Shown here: positions 11,215 to 24,090 of the stretch, piece after piece
Numbering within the stretch: position 1 is the stretch's first letter
Layout: the number at the start of each line of letters is the position of its first letter
Source: Camelus ferus
Taxonomy: Eukaryota
NCBI RefSeq assembly: GCF_009834535.1
Contig: NC_045696.1
Location: forward strand, 102,116,001-102,180,000
Direction of reading: 5' to 3'
Length of the DNA stretch: 64,000 nucleotides
Program-made: the position numbers and the translations under genes
The notes under the pieces: generated by a model
Seen by the model: the letters and a program-made list of their open reading frames with translations, nothing else
Told to the model about the DNA's origin: nothing
The model's database searches: none

Positions 11215-12830
11215 TTTTACATGTGATTTCCCCCATTAGGAATGAACCACTTAGTTAAGGCATCCTGTTTGAAGCTGATAAATCAAGAACTAGAGGTTGA
11301 AATGTATTACTTAAAGTTATACAGGTATTCCCACCAAAATTGATATCACTTGTGGAAGTTAATTGGTGGGGAGAGAGGGAAAGACAGGACTGTTACCTAA
11401 AAGGCTACATCTCTCACAGTAAGAACTCAATATATGCATGTGAAGTTGATAAATCAAGAAATGGAGGTTATATATATTATTTAGGGTCATAGGGCAGCTA
11501 TTGGAAGAAATAAATATATAAATGGTTAAAAGGAGATACTTTTGCTACGTAGGACCATGATAAAGGGGGAAAAGATAATTTAATTCTTTATTTCAAATCC
11601 TTTCATACTGTCTGAATATTTGTATGTATTTGAATTATATTTATCCAAACTATTCTTCAGGTGATCAAATATCAAAAGTAGAAACTATAAAAAAAAAAAA
11701 GGCAATTTATTTGATAGCAATAGAGTTAAGAAATCCTAGCAGGCAAAAGTCACTACAAGCAAAATTAAATGAGGAAGGATAAATCAAGGAAAGCAGTTTC
11801 AACACACATGTCGATAGGTTAATGGTCTTTATAATATACATAATGAATTGTTCATCTTTTTAACATACCAAACGTACTAGTAATGTTACCTGAGGTAAAG
11901 TACTTAACCTCTCTGTACCCCAGACACGTCATTTATAAAATAGAGATGGTAACAGCACTTACCTTGTTGGGTGGGATTAAACGTAAAACGCTTGGAACAG
12001 GGCGTGGCTCATAACACTCAATAAACATTAGATGTTAGCTACTGCTGTTACTCCTGTTACAAAAGACCAATAAAGAAAAGGTAAGCATAATAGAAAAATG
12101 AACAAAGGATGTAAGTAGATAATGAGCAAGCGAAGAAACATAAATGGCCAATACTCTACTAAATAAGATCAGCTTTACTAGTAATAAAACAAATTAAACC
12201 AACAATGGAGTATCTGCTTTGCCTCCCAAATCTTCAAATTTTCAGAACTCAACCCCCCCCCCAAAAAAACAACAAAAAACCAAAACCACATCAGTCATAA
12301 TTGGGGTAAATCAAAGTTTAGGGAAATGTGAGCGTTCCTACATTACTAGTGAAAGAGAAGAGGAATGAAACTTTTACAAGGGCCATATGGCAGCATTTAT
12401 AGAGTCATTAGAATTTGTGAATCCTTCCATCCATTTATTTCATTTCTAGAAACTTATCCTAAGAAGAAATTAAGGGCGTGTGCAAAAACTTCTCCATGAA
12501 GATGAGTGCACTGATTTGAGCAAGAAGTTGTACATAAGTTACTAGATGGTTAAATAAATTAGAATATACTAATATCATGAAATCCTATGCAGACATCCAA
12601 AAAGATAGAAAAAAATGTATTAATGTTAAAAGATATTCACAATACATTTTTAAAGAAAATGGGAAAATTTTAAAATGATGTATACTATTTTGGTTCAAAA
12701 AAATCAGAGCCAAATTCATGTGTATGCATGCAAGGGTGTGTGTATAACACATGACAAGTATAATTTGTATGTAAAATAGTGTTAGGTGGGAGTCATAGGT
12801 GATTTTTATTTTCTTCTTTTTGCTCATATG
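11215..12830 (+). mobile_element. Old L1 (L1MC/L1ME-like) fragments with an inserted MIR (about 11880-12050)
   Basis: A-rich decayed ORF2 and 3'UTR motifs (aaatggccaata, catttctagaaacttatcctaag); MIR core tacttaacctctctgtacccc...tataaaatagagat. Confidence 0.6.
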
Positions 12831-14744
12831 TATTTATTGGGGATAGATTAAACTACTTATGATTAACCCTGGTCCAAAGAATCCTCCATTAACATACTTG
12901 ATAATTGGCAATCTTCATTTAAATGTAGATTCTACAGAGGTTTAAGTCTGAAATATTTTTCTACCAATGAAATAGGAGAAAGAAGATGTTGAGTGTTCTC
13001 AGCCGTTTATCCACAAAACTGAAATATTGCCAGCATTGTACTGAAACATCTTCTTGTGAAATAATTCCATAGTTTGTAAATATCTCCAGATTTTCTCAGA
13101 GATAAAATATGAACCTCATTAAACAGCTGACTCTTGGATGACAGCAAATACATACTAGGTGCTTTTAATTGTCTGTTAAGCAAATGTTTCTAAGGAAACT
13201 CAATGCAGATTATTAAAAGAGAGTGAGAAATGAAGCACTGATTTTCTCTTTTTTGAGTAAGAGTGTTAAGCTGGTTAGAGGTTCTTGCTAGAAAATGTCA
13301 TTTAAAGTGTGTAACTGCCAAATGCTTGGCACTTAGAGTGAGTGACATTTTGAAAGACCACATTTCTTATAGCCTATGCATCTTAAGGGAAATTTAACAT
13401 GAAAATTAATGGGATGGCTGTGAGGTTCATGCAACTAAGAAGAACCCTGAGATGTCATCCAGCTGTTCAACAGAAATGCACTAAGGATCTGTATGTGCCA
13501 GATGTTATGCCGAGTGTTGGTGATACAGCTGGATGGGCAGGCACAGTCACCGGTCCCTGCCTCAACTCCTCACTGAAGTAGGGAAATGTTACCTATAGCA
13601 GGACTTAATATGTGCAACAAAAACTTGCTCTAAAAATTACCCCAGAAAACAGCTGTATAGGGATTGGTTCTAAACATACATCACTAAGGAAATCTATTAT
13701 TTCTCTAGGTACCATCATCTCTAAGTAGATTACAAGCTCCTTGAAGGCAACTTATACTTTTCTCCAACCCCCACGACATGCAGCTAATTGTCTGGAAGGT
13801 TCTCAAATAATCCCTGAATGAGTGAGATAATATACCCTTTCAAATACAGGTGGGGACATTTTACTAATCCTCTCATTAAAATCGAGAGGATGGATGTTTA
13901 ATATTCTTCATACTACTTCTTTCAAATATTTGGAAAGCCTTGTTAGTTATCCTCATTAGCTCTACTTCTTCTCCCATTTGACCCATAACTGTACACACGG
14001 AGGTGATAAGAAGGTATCTCCTTTTGATGAGAAATGAACCGAAACTGTTATCACAACCAGAAAGTATACTATTTCTCATGGATCTGCTTAACTTGAAAAC
14101 AAATTTCTTATATCTTGACACATCTTTCTGAGGTAATTCACTTTGATATTTGCCTTGGAAACTGATAATCAGCATGAAACGCATTTATTTTGATGCCTGT
14201 CCAGATACTGCTGTGATACATAATTTTTAAAAAATTATGGCCCTTTTTGCTTAAGGATTCCTTGCCCTGGCAGTCAATTCTATGTCAGCTTCATTCTTTG
14301 GACACCAGGTGGCATCACCTAGCAGGAATGGGAATACGTCTTGGCATTTTAGAAGCAGCTGGGAGGCAAAGCTCAGCTGACCTCCAGTTTAAGTCAGAAC
14401 GCCCAGTGTTTGTGGCCCACACCCCTGCCTGCTGCTTCAGCTTTGTTAGTTTTTTCTCATTCCTGATCCCTGCTTCCTGTTTCCTGACTATGACTGGCAT
14501 CTCCCCTATCCTAGCTCTTAATGTCTCCATTCAGATTACTGAAAGTTGACCTTGGCTTTATCCTGTGACTCTGTCCTCTTGTCTCTCAGATTAGATCTGA
14601 CATTTACTCACCGCTTCTCCGGAACTCAGAACTTGCTTTGCTTCATGTCAAGCCAAGCACGACAAACTGACCTGCCAAAAATTAATAAATATAAGAAACC
14701 CATGTTGATGCCTTCTTATCTCAACTCCATTGTACTTTAATTTA

Positions 14745-15330
14745 TTGGTGTATAAGTCAGATGTAAGTGACAGAAACCCAATTCAAATTAGCTTAAGCAG
14801 AATTCACTGACCTACTTAACAGGGATTGCCCTGACTCTGGGCATGCTGGGACTTAGGGATTCGAATGTGTCTATTCTTCCTTTTTCTTTCTTGGCCCTGA
14901 TTCCATCTGAGTGCAAGTATCATTTTTTCCTAGTACAGATAGATGACTGTGCAGATAGATGACCCCAGAGCAGGAGAGGATGACTAATGGCATCTCCAGG
15001 CTTATATGGTTCTAGCTCAAAGTGACACTTAATTCTCACCATGTTTGCATATCAGCCACAGAAAAGGATTCCCACTGGCTCTGCTTGTATCAGAAGATCA
15101 CCCCTAGGCCAATCACATAGTACTCCATGGGAATTACACATGGTGATTGGCCAGATCTGAATCATATCCCCATCCCTGTGGCCAGTTGCATGGACTGTAT
15201 TGTCAGAAGAAAACAATTGGAAGACAAGTATAATGGGCATCCCAGAACAACTACTATATTTCACAATAATAGAATGTTCAGAACGTGGTGGATTAAAGTG
15301 AATCAGCTGTCCCTATGTCATTACAAGCTT
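14745..15330 (-). mobile_element. MLT1-type LTR (MLT1J/K-like)
   Basis: gtaagtgacagaaacccaattcaaattagcttaagc and gattggccagatctgaatcatatccccatccctg. Confidence 0.6.
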
Positions 15331-15739
15331 AAAAAAAAAGTTTCATGTAAAAGGGCAAAAATTATTTTCTAAATGCAGATTCGATTTGAAGAAGAGAAAA
15401 GGAAATTCTCTAGGTATGAGAACCGAGAGAAATCAAGGCAAGAGTGAGAAGCTACCACTGTCAGTGGCCATGTGATTTTGTATAGGACATAGACCCAGAG
15501 GTTTTAGAGCCAGAGTGCCGTTTCCATGTGGAAATCAGAACCCTGTCTTTTGTAGGCTCACTCATGGTAACAGATCTTGAGGAAAGTTCTTTGAATAGAG
15601 CCTGCAGTCTCAAAGGGCTCCCTCCATCACACAGGCTCTGTCCATCAGCCTTAAGAAATAGTAGGGAAATTTGCCATCTATCTGGATTTTGCATCAAAAT
15701 CCCTGGCTTGGGAAGTTATGATATAAGAAATATATGCCA

Positions 15740-16900
15740 ATGAAATAACATTAAAAGTTTTTAGGACTATTAAAACACCTGCCCCAGTCTTATTTCCCTT
15801 TCTTTATTTCCAAATATGCTAAACTGCTCTGAAGTGATACTATTTCAACCCAAACACATGGAAATCCCACAGTTAAAAAAACAAAACAAAAAAACAAAAA
15901 ACCCTTCCTGAAAGTGAATTCACAATAAAAATTTAGAAGCCACAAAGGAAGTAACTCCACTATGAAGAAACTTCAGGATATTAACTCAAAAGAATAAGCA
16001 CCCTAAGGAACTAAACAAAAATTACAAAATTTGAGATAAATTATAAAATGAGCATATTAAAATGACTAAAGAGATAAATGGAGTAGCAGAAAAAAGTTAG
16101 GAAAGAACAGTAAAATAGGAAACAAAAGAATGTTTCAAAATGAAAAATGCAGATACTGGAATTAAAACCTTAAAACCTTAAAAACTAAGTGGATGAGATA
16201 AATGTCATATAAAATCCAGCTGGTTAATCAGAAGAAAGAGTTTGCAAATGATCCAGAATGCAGAGCAAAATTGATCTGTGGCAATATTTGATGAGATAAT
16301 GGATGATGATTTTCCAGAATTGAAGAGAAAAAGTGAAGTAACATATTATGTCCAGAGCTGGATAAATTAAAACTAACCTACATCCAAATATATTATAGTG
16401 AAATGTAGGCTCATCAAAGACAAAGTGAAATCTTAAAAAGCAACCAGAGAGGAAAGATGAATTACTTACAATGGAACATAATTTGGATCGCAGCAGTTTT
16501 CTCATTAGCAGTAATAGCTGCCAGAGGACAGTAGAATAATATGTACAAAATATCAAGGGAAAGTAACCTGCAATCAAGGTTCTGAATTCAACTGAAATAC
16601 CATTCAAGGGAAAGGATGAAATAAAGAAATTTTCAACTAGACAGTTAACCACTCATAGATAATCAATGATAGAAATAGGAAACTGAATTCACAAAGGAAT
16701 GGAAAACAAGGCATGGTGAGCAAATAAATGGATGCAATAACCATAAATATAATAAGGAATGACTGTGGTGTTAATAATGATGATGATTAATGGGGAGGGG
16801 TAAATTATGGTAGAAATAATATTATCCACTATAATATTCAAAGATGGTGAACATTAAATGATAGTGAAAGGAGAGATGATGTTTTGTAGAGGAAGTGGAG
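15740..16900 (+). mobile_element. Ancient L1 ORF1 / HAL1-like fragment
   Basis: Decayed ORF1 motifs: ttttccagaattgaaga, atattatagtgaaat, aaatcttaaaaagcaaccagagag, ccattcaagggaaaggatgaaataaag. Confidence 0.65.
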
Positions 16901-19900
16901 ACACAGCAAAAGAGCTATTTTAAAGCAATCCAATTCTCACTCAAGTAGCTATGTTCATCAAAATGTTTCTCAAAATGGCACAAAAGAGTCTAACAACAGA
17001 TAATTCTTTCCAGTTTGGGTTAGAAATGCTGGAATCAATTTATAATTTCAAACTGTACAAAGTATTTCTATACTGATGTATAGAATTTAGAAATATAATA
17101 ATGTATCTTTCTAATGGGAGCTGGTAAAGTACCTTCCCTGGGACCTTTCCATTTTTCTGTTCAATATTATAGGCTCTCTCCTTTGTACCCCTAGTGTCTC
17201 AAGTGTGGGCCTTGTCATGTTCTGTCTGGAGTCTGTTCATCTTTCTCATTGTCTTCCTAGTTTTGCTTACCCTCTATTCTGATTGCCTTGCATTCTTTTA
17301 TTGTTAGATTTATGATCCACACTAGGAACTCATCTGTTCAGTTCTTGCTAAGTCCTAGGAAGAGGAAAGCTCCCTAGATGTAAAGTGGGGGACATTTTCT
17401 GCCACACCAGTTGCTGATATCTCCATCAGCTGTATGATGGAGATTCTTTAAAATATGGTCCTTTATGTACACAAGTGACTTTGAGCCAACGTTTTAGGCA
17501 ATGAACCAGTTTTGAGAAACAGCTGGAAGAGGTAGTTCTGTCTTCTGACACTAAGTCATGGTAGCTCCTTACTCATGGTAGCCTCTGTTTGAAATTTTGG
17601 CTCTCTCTCTACATTGAAGAACCTGGTGATGTTCTCTAGTCTGGGCCCAGGATGACCAGCCATGTACTAAGAGAGTGACTTGCAGTATGAAAAGTATGTG
17701 TGAGGCAGAGGTGGGTACTAAGGTGCTGATGTAATAAACACCAAGAAATTACTGATCTATGAACCAGAATATCCATGTTAGCAAGATAGCTCATTTTTGT
17801 TCTATAGTTAAGCTACTTAGGAAGCTGAATCATAATTAGCATCCACTTTATTAATTCGCCACAGGAAATTACTGTCACCGGGATTTCAAGTACCCCAAAG
17901 ATCATATGATAAATGCAATTTTCCCTTGTAGGCAGACCTGTATATAAAGACAAATAACATCCAGAGGGTTATATGGTCAGTAAGGGGACAGATGAAAGGT
18001 AGACCGATGAGTTATGTTTATCTGCATCTTTCGCACAAAAAAGGTATTTTTCCCCCAATGGAACTTGGAATTTTGAAGTGGTAGGAAACCACCCCTCCCC
18101 CACCAAATCCATAGCAACATTTAGGCATTTAAAACTACTCAGAGTTTGTTAGGATAAGTAAATCTTGCTCTCTCCCCACTACATAAAGCTGAGATGGTCA
18201 TTTGCAGTATTTGATTCTGTGATTCTTCACAATTCTTCTGTGACTAATCAGTCCTTCTTCTGGGGAGAAAGTGATACATTCCACTTTTATCACTATACAT
18301 GAATGCCATTTGTCTCTATTTAATATCCTTTAATATCTGGTGGGGGATTTATAGTGATTCCCTCTCCTTCTCTGTGTTGTGACCAGTGGCATATATTCAA
18401 ACACAGTGGCCTAGTGATGGGGAATAATTCATAACTACGTATCAGGGACATCCATGAGAAGAATCAATCTTGGCTTTGGCTTCACGTGAGCTAAGATTTC
18501 CAAAGGTTGTCAAACTGGCTTTTATTAATAACATGATCTAAAACGCTACACATTAAACTTTTGGGGAGGAGGTTATAAACTTCTTTTAGAATCTGAAGAA
18601 AACTATGGCTCTCACCTCAGAGGTAGAGGGAAGTGAATCTAAACAAAAAGACAAGACTTTATATTTTAAGAACTCTGGGTTAAGATTTTTTTGTGTGTCC
18701 TCAGGCATATTTCCTTTCCCATGTGCTTAAGCTTGACTTCTCATTCTTAAGAACCATTTATTTGAGGTGATCAATTCTGAAAATTTTCCAAGAAAAAATA
18801 TATTCCAGAGAACAAGGGGCCAAATCAATATGCAATCAAAATTTTGGTCTAAATTAAAAGCTCTCTCTTGGCCTGGAGGATATAATCTGTTCATATTACT
18901 TGGGCTCCATAATTAATTTACATGGCAGGCTTATTGCAGGTTTTATGTGGGCTCTGCATTACCGTGGCATGTAATTCTCAGGGAATCTGATTAAAACTTT
19001 GGGAAGGAGCAGCTGTTCAGCCATAGAGGGTGAACTCAGGGCCTATTTTTCAGAGCATGACTATAACGCCTGACACCCTTGCCAGCTTTGGATGATAAAT
19101 GAACTGTCTTTGAATGGCCAGCTCCTGTGTTAATAGCTTTAAAATATTGGTTGTTTACGGGAAAGAAGTTGGGAGCTCTTATCAATTTTCCTGTCCCAGG
19201 GTCCTCAAATACATCATTTTTTTCATTGCCAGAATGGCAGGCAGTGTTGAAGTGAAAAGGAAAAAATTCTTTCACTATTTAGTTTGTTCTTCATGGGTTA
19301 ACAGCAAGAGTTTCTCATTTCAAAAGAAAGTGGAGTGAGTGCCCAGTGAATTCTTATATGAAGTGAAACATAAAATCCAGACCACATGCTTGATGGCATT
19401 ATCCTATAGTAGCAAAATCATGATGTGGCTTCACCTGATTTTTTTAAAGGTACTTCATTCAATTAAACATATGAAAGTCAAATTCTGAAGCCTGTGCCAA
19501 ATAGCTTATTCCCAGAATGGCAGTTAAATGGTCAGGTTTGATCTAATGCCATTGATGTGAGCATGCTTTACCTGCTGCCACTAAATTAAATCCTAACCAT
19601 AATATATTTGGAGGTTTATCCCTTTTGATCTTTAACCCCATCTCCACCTTCACCTGCCTACTTTGTTTTTATGAACATTAGGATATCATCTTCTAAGTGG
19701 AGTTAATTCTCAATGATGTGACTGTTGACCACTTATACTTTCAGATATTGTCTATCGTTCTAATAGCAGTTTGCTTTTAGCCTTTTCATTAGCATGTTTA
19801 TAAGACGAAGCTGTGAAAGCTAAAAAATATATACATATATGCATTCAATTTTGTTTTATTAGTCATTCTGGTAAAAGTTTTGGTGGAGGAATTTTAATTA

Positions 19901-20376
19901 GAACATACCTCATGTGTAGATCGTGTGTTTTACTTTGTCCGTGAAGTGAAGGCTGGGCTGGGAGTCTGGATGATGACTCTATCATTTACTGACTTCATGC
20001 CATTGAGCAAGTCAGTGCACCTCTTCAAGTCTGCTTTCTAATTTCATCAAGATGGAAGCTTCAGTGGGATAAAGAAGTGGGACATACATCTATCCCAATT
20101 TAAAAGGTAAAAATCTGTTGGGATTTTAGAAGCAAGATTACACTGACGATATAGATTATGAAAACAGATGAGATCAGTGTCATGGGGAAATGAAACTATA
20201 GAAAACCAAAGTCCAAGACATGTATAATTATTTACTAAGATGGAATAAAAGACTATTTATATCCCTAATACAAGAATAGTTGAAATTTTAAAAGTAAAAT
20301 CATAGAAATTTAAAATATAAAAATCAAAATGAAGTACTTGGTAGATGAGCTGATATGGTTATCTACTTAAAAATAC

Positions 20377-21694
20377 AGGGACTCCCCCTAGAAGAAAATA
20401 TAGGCAAAACATTATCTGACATACATCTCAAAAATGTTCTCCTAGGGCAGTCTACCCAAGCAATAGAAATAAAAGCAAGAATAAACAAATGGGACCTAAT
20501 AGAACTTACAAGCTTCTGCACAGCAAAGGAAACCATAAGTAAAACAAAAAGACAACCTATAGAATGGGAGAAAATTTTTGCAAATGAAACCGACAAAGGC
20601 TTGATCTCCAGAATATATAAGCAGCTCATACGACTCAATAAGAAAAAAACAAACAACCCAATCCAAAAATGGGCAGAAGACCTAAACAAGCAGTTCTCCA
20701 AGAAGACATACAAATGATCAAAAGGCACATGAAAAAACGCTCAGTATCACTAATTATCAGAGAAATGCAAATCAAAACTACAATGAGGTATCACCTCACA
20801 CCAGTCAGAATGGCCATCATTCAAAAGTCCACAAATGACAAATGCTGGAGAGGCTGTGGAGAAAAGGGAACCCTCCTACACTGCTGGTGGGAATGTAGTT
20901 TGGTGCAGCCACTATGGAAAACAGTATGGAGATTCCTCAAAAGACTAGGAATAGACTTACCATATGACCCAGGAATCCTGCTCCTGGGCATATATCCAGA
21001 AGGAACCCTACTTCAAAATGACACCTGCACCCCAATGTTCATAGCAGCACTATTTACAATAGCCAAGACATGGAAACAGCCTAAATGTCCATCAACAGAT
21101 AACTGGATAAACAAGAGGTGGTATATTTATACAATGGAATACTATTCAGCCATAAAAACCAACAACATAACGCCATTTGCAGCAACATGGATGCTCCTGG
21201 AGAATGTCATTCTAAGTGAAGTAAGCCAGAAAGAGAAAGAAAAATACCATATGAGATCGCTCATATGCGGAATCTAAAAAACAAAAACAAAACAAACAAA
21301 CAAAACAAAACATAAATACAAAACAGAAACAGACTCACAGACATAGAATACAAACTTGTGGTTGCCAAGGGGGCAGGGGGTGGGAAGGTATAGACTGGGA
21401 TTTCAAAATGTAGAATAGATAAACAAGATTATACTGTATAGCACAGGGAAATATGTACAAGATCTTATGGTAGCTCACAAAGAAAAAAAGTGACAATGAA
21501 TATATATATGTTCATGTATAATTGAAAAATTGGGCTCTACACTGAAATTTGACACAACATTGTATAATTATTATAAATCAATAAAAATGTTAAAAAAACA
21601 AACAAACAAACAACAACAACAAAAAAACCAATATTACATTGCAGAGATGATGGCAGAAATTGATGCCACCATTAAAAACCTAAAAAAAAAAAAA
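20377..21694 (+). mobile_element. Young 5'-truncated L1 (ORF2 C-terminus, 3'UTR, two A-tails)
   Basis: ORF2 peptides LEENIGKTL...INKWDLI and [11 protein letters not shown]...[18 protein letters not shown]...[16 protein letters not shown], stop at 21277, one frameshift near 20700. G-rich 3'UTR, AATAAA at 21580-21585. TSD aaaaatac at 20369-20376 and 21695-21702. Confidence 0.95.
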
Positions 21695-22719
21695 AAAAAT
21701 ACCCAGGAGACTCAAATGTCAAAATTTAGAGAGCTCAGAAATCTGTCTGGACAGAAGACTGACACACAAAATAGCTTTCTTAAACTTCAGCAACAACTGA
21801 TGATAAAATGTAATGGGAAAATTATTTAGTTCACAGTAGCATTTAAAATTTTAAATAAACTAGAATATCCCTAAATATTCTATTATTCTATTAAATAAAC
21901 TAGAATATCCCTAAATAATAAACGATATGTGAGAAGAAAAATCTTAACTTTAGTGAAGGACAAAAAAAGATAACCTCAATAAATGAGGAGACCTACTATG
22001 AAATAGGATGGGAGGATTAAATATTGTACAGTAGTTAACCCTCCCCCCAAGTAACCTTCAAAATAATCTCACTCCTCAAATCTCAACAGATTTTTTTGAG
22101 GTAATTCTAAAGTTCATGTGGAGCTTCTGCTTAAAACAGAAGGACAAAATATTTTATTCTCCTAGATGCCTTCAAAACAAAGTAGAACTATGAAAACCAT
22201 TGAAAAATAGGAAATTTTCATAGCACATGAAACAGTGAAATAGTCCCACCTCCAAACCATAAACTATGAAATATTTAAGTATGAAGTATTGCTGCCAAAT
22301 AATGTGAAATCATGAACAAGAGATGGAAAGATGCTGAGCCAAGGCAGTTCCTCTCGGACCTGACAGCATATCACATCACTAAAAGGAGCAGCTAATTTAA
22401 TATTCTGTTATTTTGAGCACAGATAAGATCAGGTTGGATGGGCCAAGGAAGAAATGGAGGAAAATAATCTGACCTTTCAGGATGAAAGATGAGTAGAAAT
22501 CATGCTGACCTACATTCTAGTTTCCTAGCTAGGGCACTGGAGGAGGCTATTTGCATTGGAGGAAAGGGAAAACAATTTCCAAATCAAAATATAATTTGTC
22601 TGTAACTTATGGGTCTTTTCTCTATGGCACTCAATTTGAATTCTGTGGACTGCAAAGAGATGTATTCCCAACAGAAAGAAACCAGATTTAGTGACAAATG
22701 TATAAGACAGACAACTTGG

Positions 22720-23172
22720 GGCAGTTTTTGAACATGACCCTCACATTCTTTGACACTTCTCCCACAGGGAGATGAAGCCTATGTTCCCTCCCCTTGTCCT
22801 CTTGAATGGATAAAATGCAGAGGAAGGGATGCTGTACCAGTTTCCAGGCCCAGACCTTAAGAAACTAATAGCTTCCATTTCCTGTCCCTTATGACACTCC
22901 CTTGGAACGCAGCCACCTTGCTGTGAGGTCAAGCCGCTCTGTGAAGAGTACCACCTGGGGAGGGAATGACAGCCAGCCCACTTTCCAGATGTGTCGGTAG
23001 TTCATCCTTGAAGTGTATCTTTAGAACTGCCCTAGCTGATGCCACTGCAGCAGAAATGAGCTGAACCTGCTGAGCTCTGCCCAGTTTGCAGATCTGTAAG
23101 CAAAACAACTGATTGTTGTTTCAGACCACTAAGTTCTGGGGTGGTTTGTTGTGCAACGATAGATAACCAGAA
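22720..23172 (+). mobile_element. MLT1G/H-like LTR
   Basis: tttgacacttctccca...ccagtttccaggcccagaccttaaga...ccactaagttctggggtggtttgtt...atagataaccagaac terminus. Confidence 0.8.
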
Positions 23173-23299
23173 CCAAACCCGAATTAAAACTTCAGTTGGC
23201 TTCAGTTTACTCAACTCTATTCCACCCATTTCCCTGTATGCCTGCACTATATTATTCTTTAATAAACAGCCAGTCTCTTTTAAAGATGAATGATAATCA

Positions 23300-24090
23300 G
23301 AAAGCAGGGAGTAGGACATATTCATCAAAACTGCAAAGTATTTTTTAAAATTTAAGCCAAAGAAGAGCCCATAATCCCCCAATTTACCAAAGTATTAAAG
23401 AAAAATTTAAACAAAGAATTCTCCACTATTATGAAGGACAATATGAATTTTCTTTCTCCCTCTAGATATAGATACAGATATATGATTCAAGATTTCATGG
23501 GAGAGACATAAAATAATCAAGGGAGATTAAAAGTGTGCTGGCAGAACTCAGGAGAAAAGCTGGAGAGATAAAATCACTGACAAGATTTAAAAAACACTTT
23601 AGAAACAACAAAAACATGATGAACTCTGAAAACACTGTCAGGAACATAGAAGATAGACTTGAGGAAATAACGAAAGAAAAGAACAAAGATATAATAATGA
23701 CTATAGGGAATATGATAGAACTGGATGACAGATAAAATTGAGTGCTTTTGAGAAGAAAACACATGGAAATTATTTTAAAACATAATAAAGCAATATTCTC
23801 CTGAAATTATGTAATAAGTGAATTAAAAGACTTAAAGGAGTCACTGGATGCCAGGAAAATGTCATTTGGAATCATCAACACAATGAGGTAAAATGGCAAA
23901 GTTTTTGAATTTCAAGTTTAAAGAAAGACAGAAAATCCAAGTTACTTACAAAAGCAGAAATGATTAGGTTGGCCTGGGACTTGACCACAGTGACATTCAA
24001 TTTCAGAAGATGGAAAGGCCACACATTTTCACTTTTGAGGGACAGAATGTGAAACCCAAGTCAAATTATTCTTCCCATATAAAGGCAACA
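23300..24090 (+). mobile_element. Ancient L1 ORF1 / HAL1-like fragment
   Basis: Coiled-coil-like remnant (ENTVRNIEDRLEEI in ORF 23535-23735); aaagtttttgaatttcaag and gattaggttggcc motifs. Confidence 0.55.

Noticed and set aside
20355..21277. 120-aa and 202-aa ORFs as a host gene
   Set aside because: They are the frameshifted C-terminal L1 ORF2 remnant.
21851..21917. CRISPR-like repeat-spacer-repeat
   Set aside because: Only two copies, a 13-nt self-derived spacer, a mammalian context and no cas genes.
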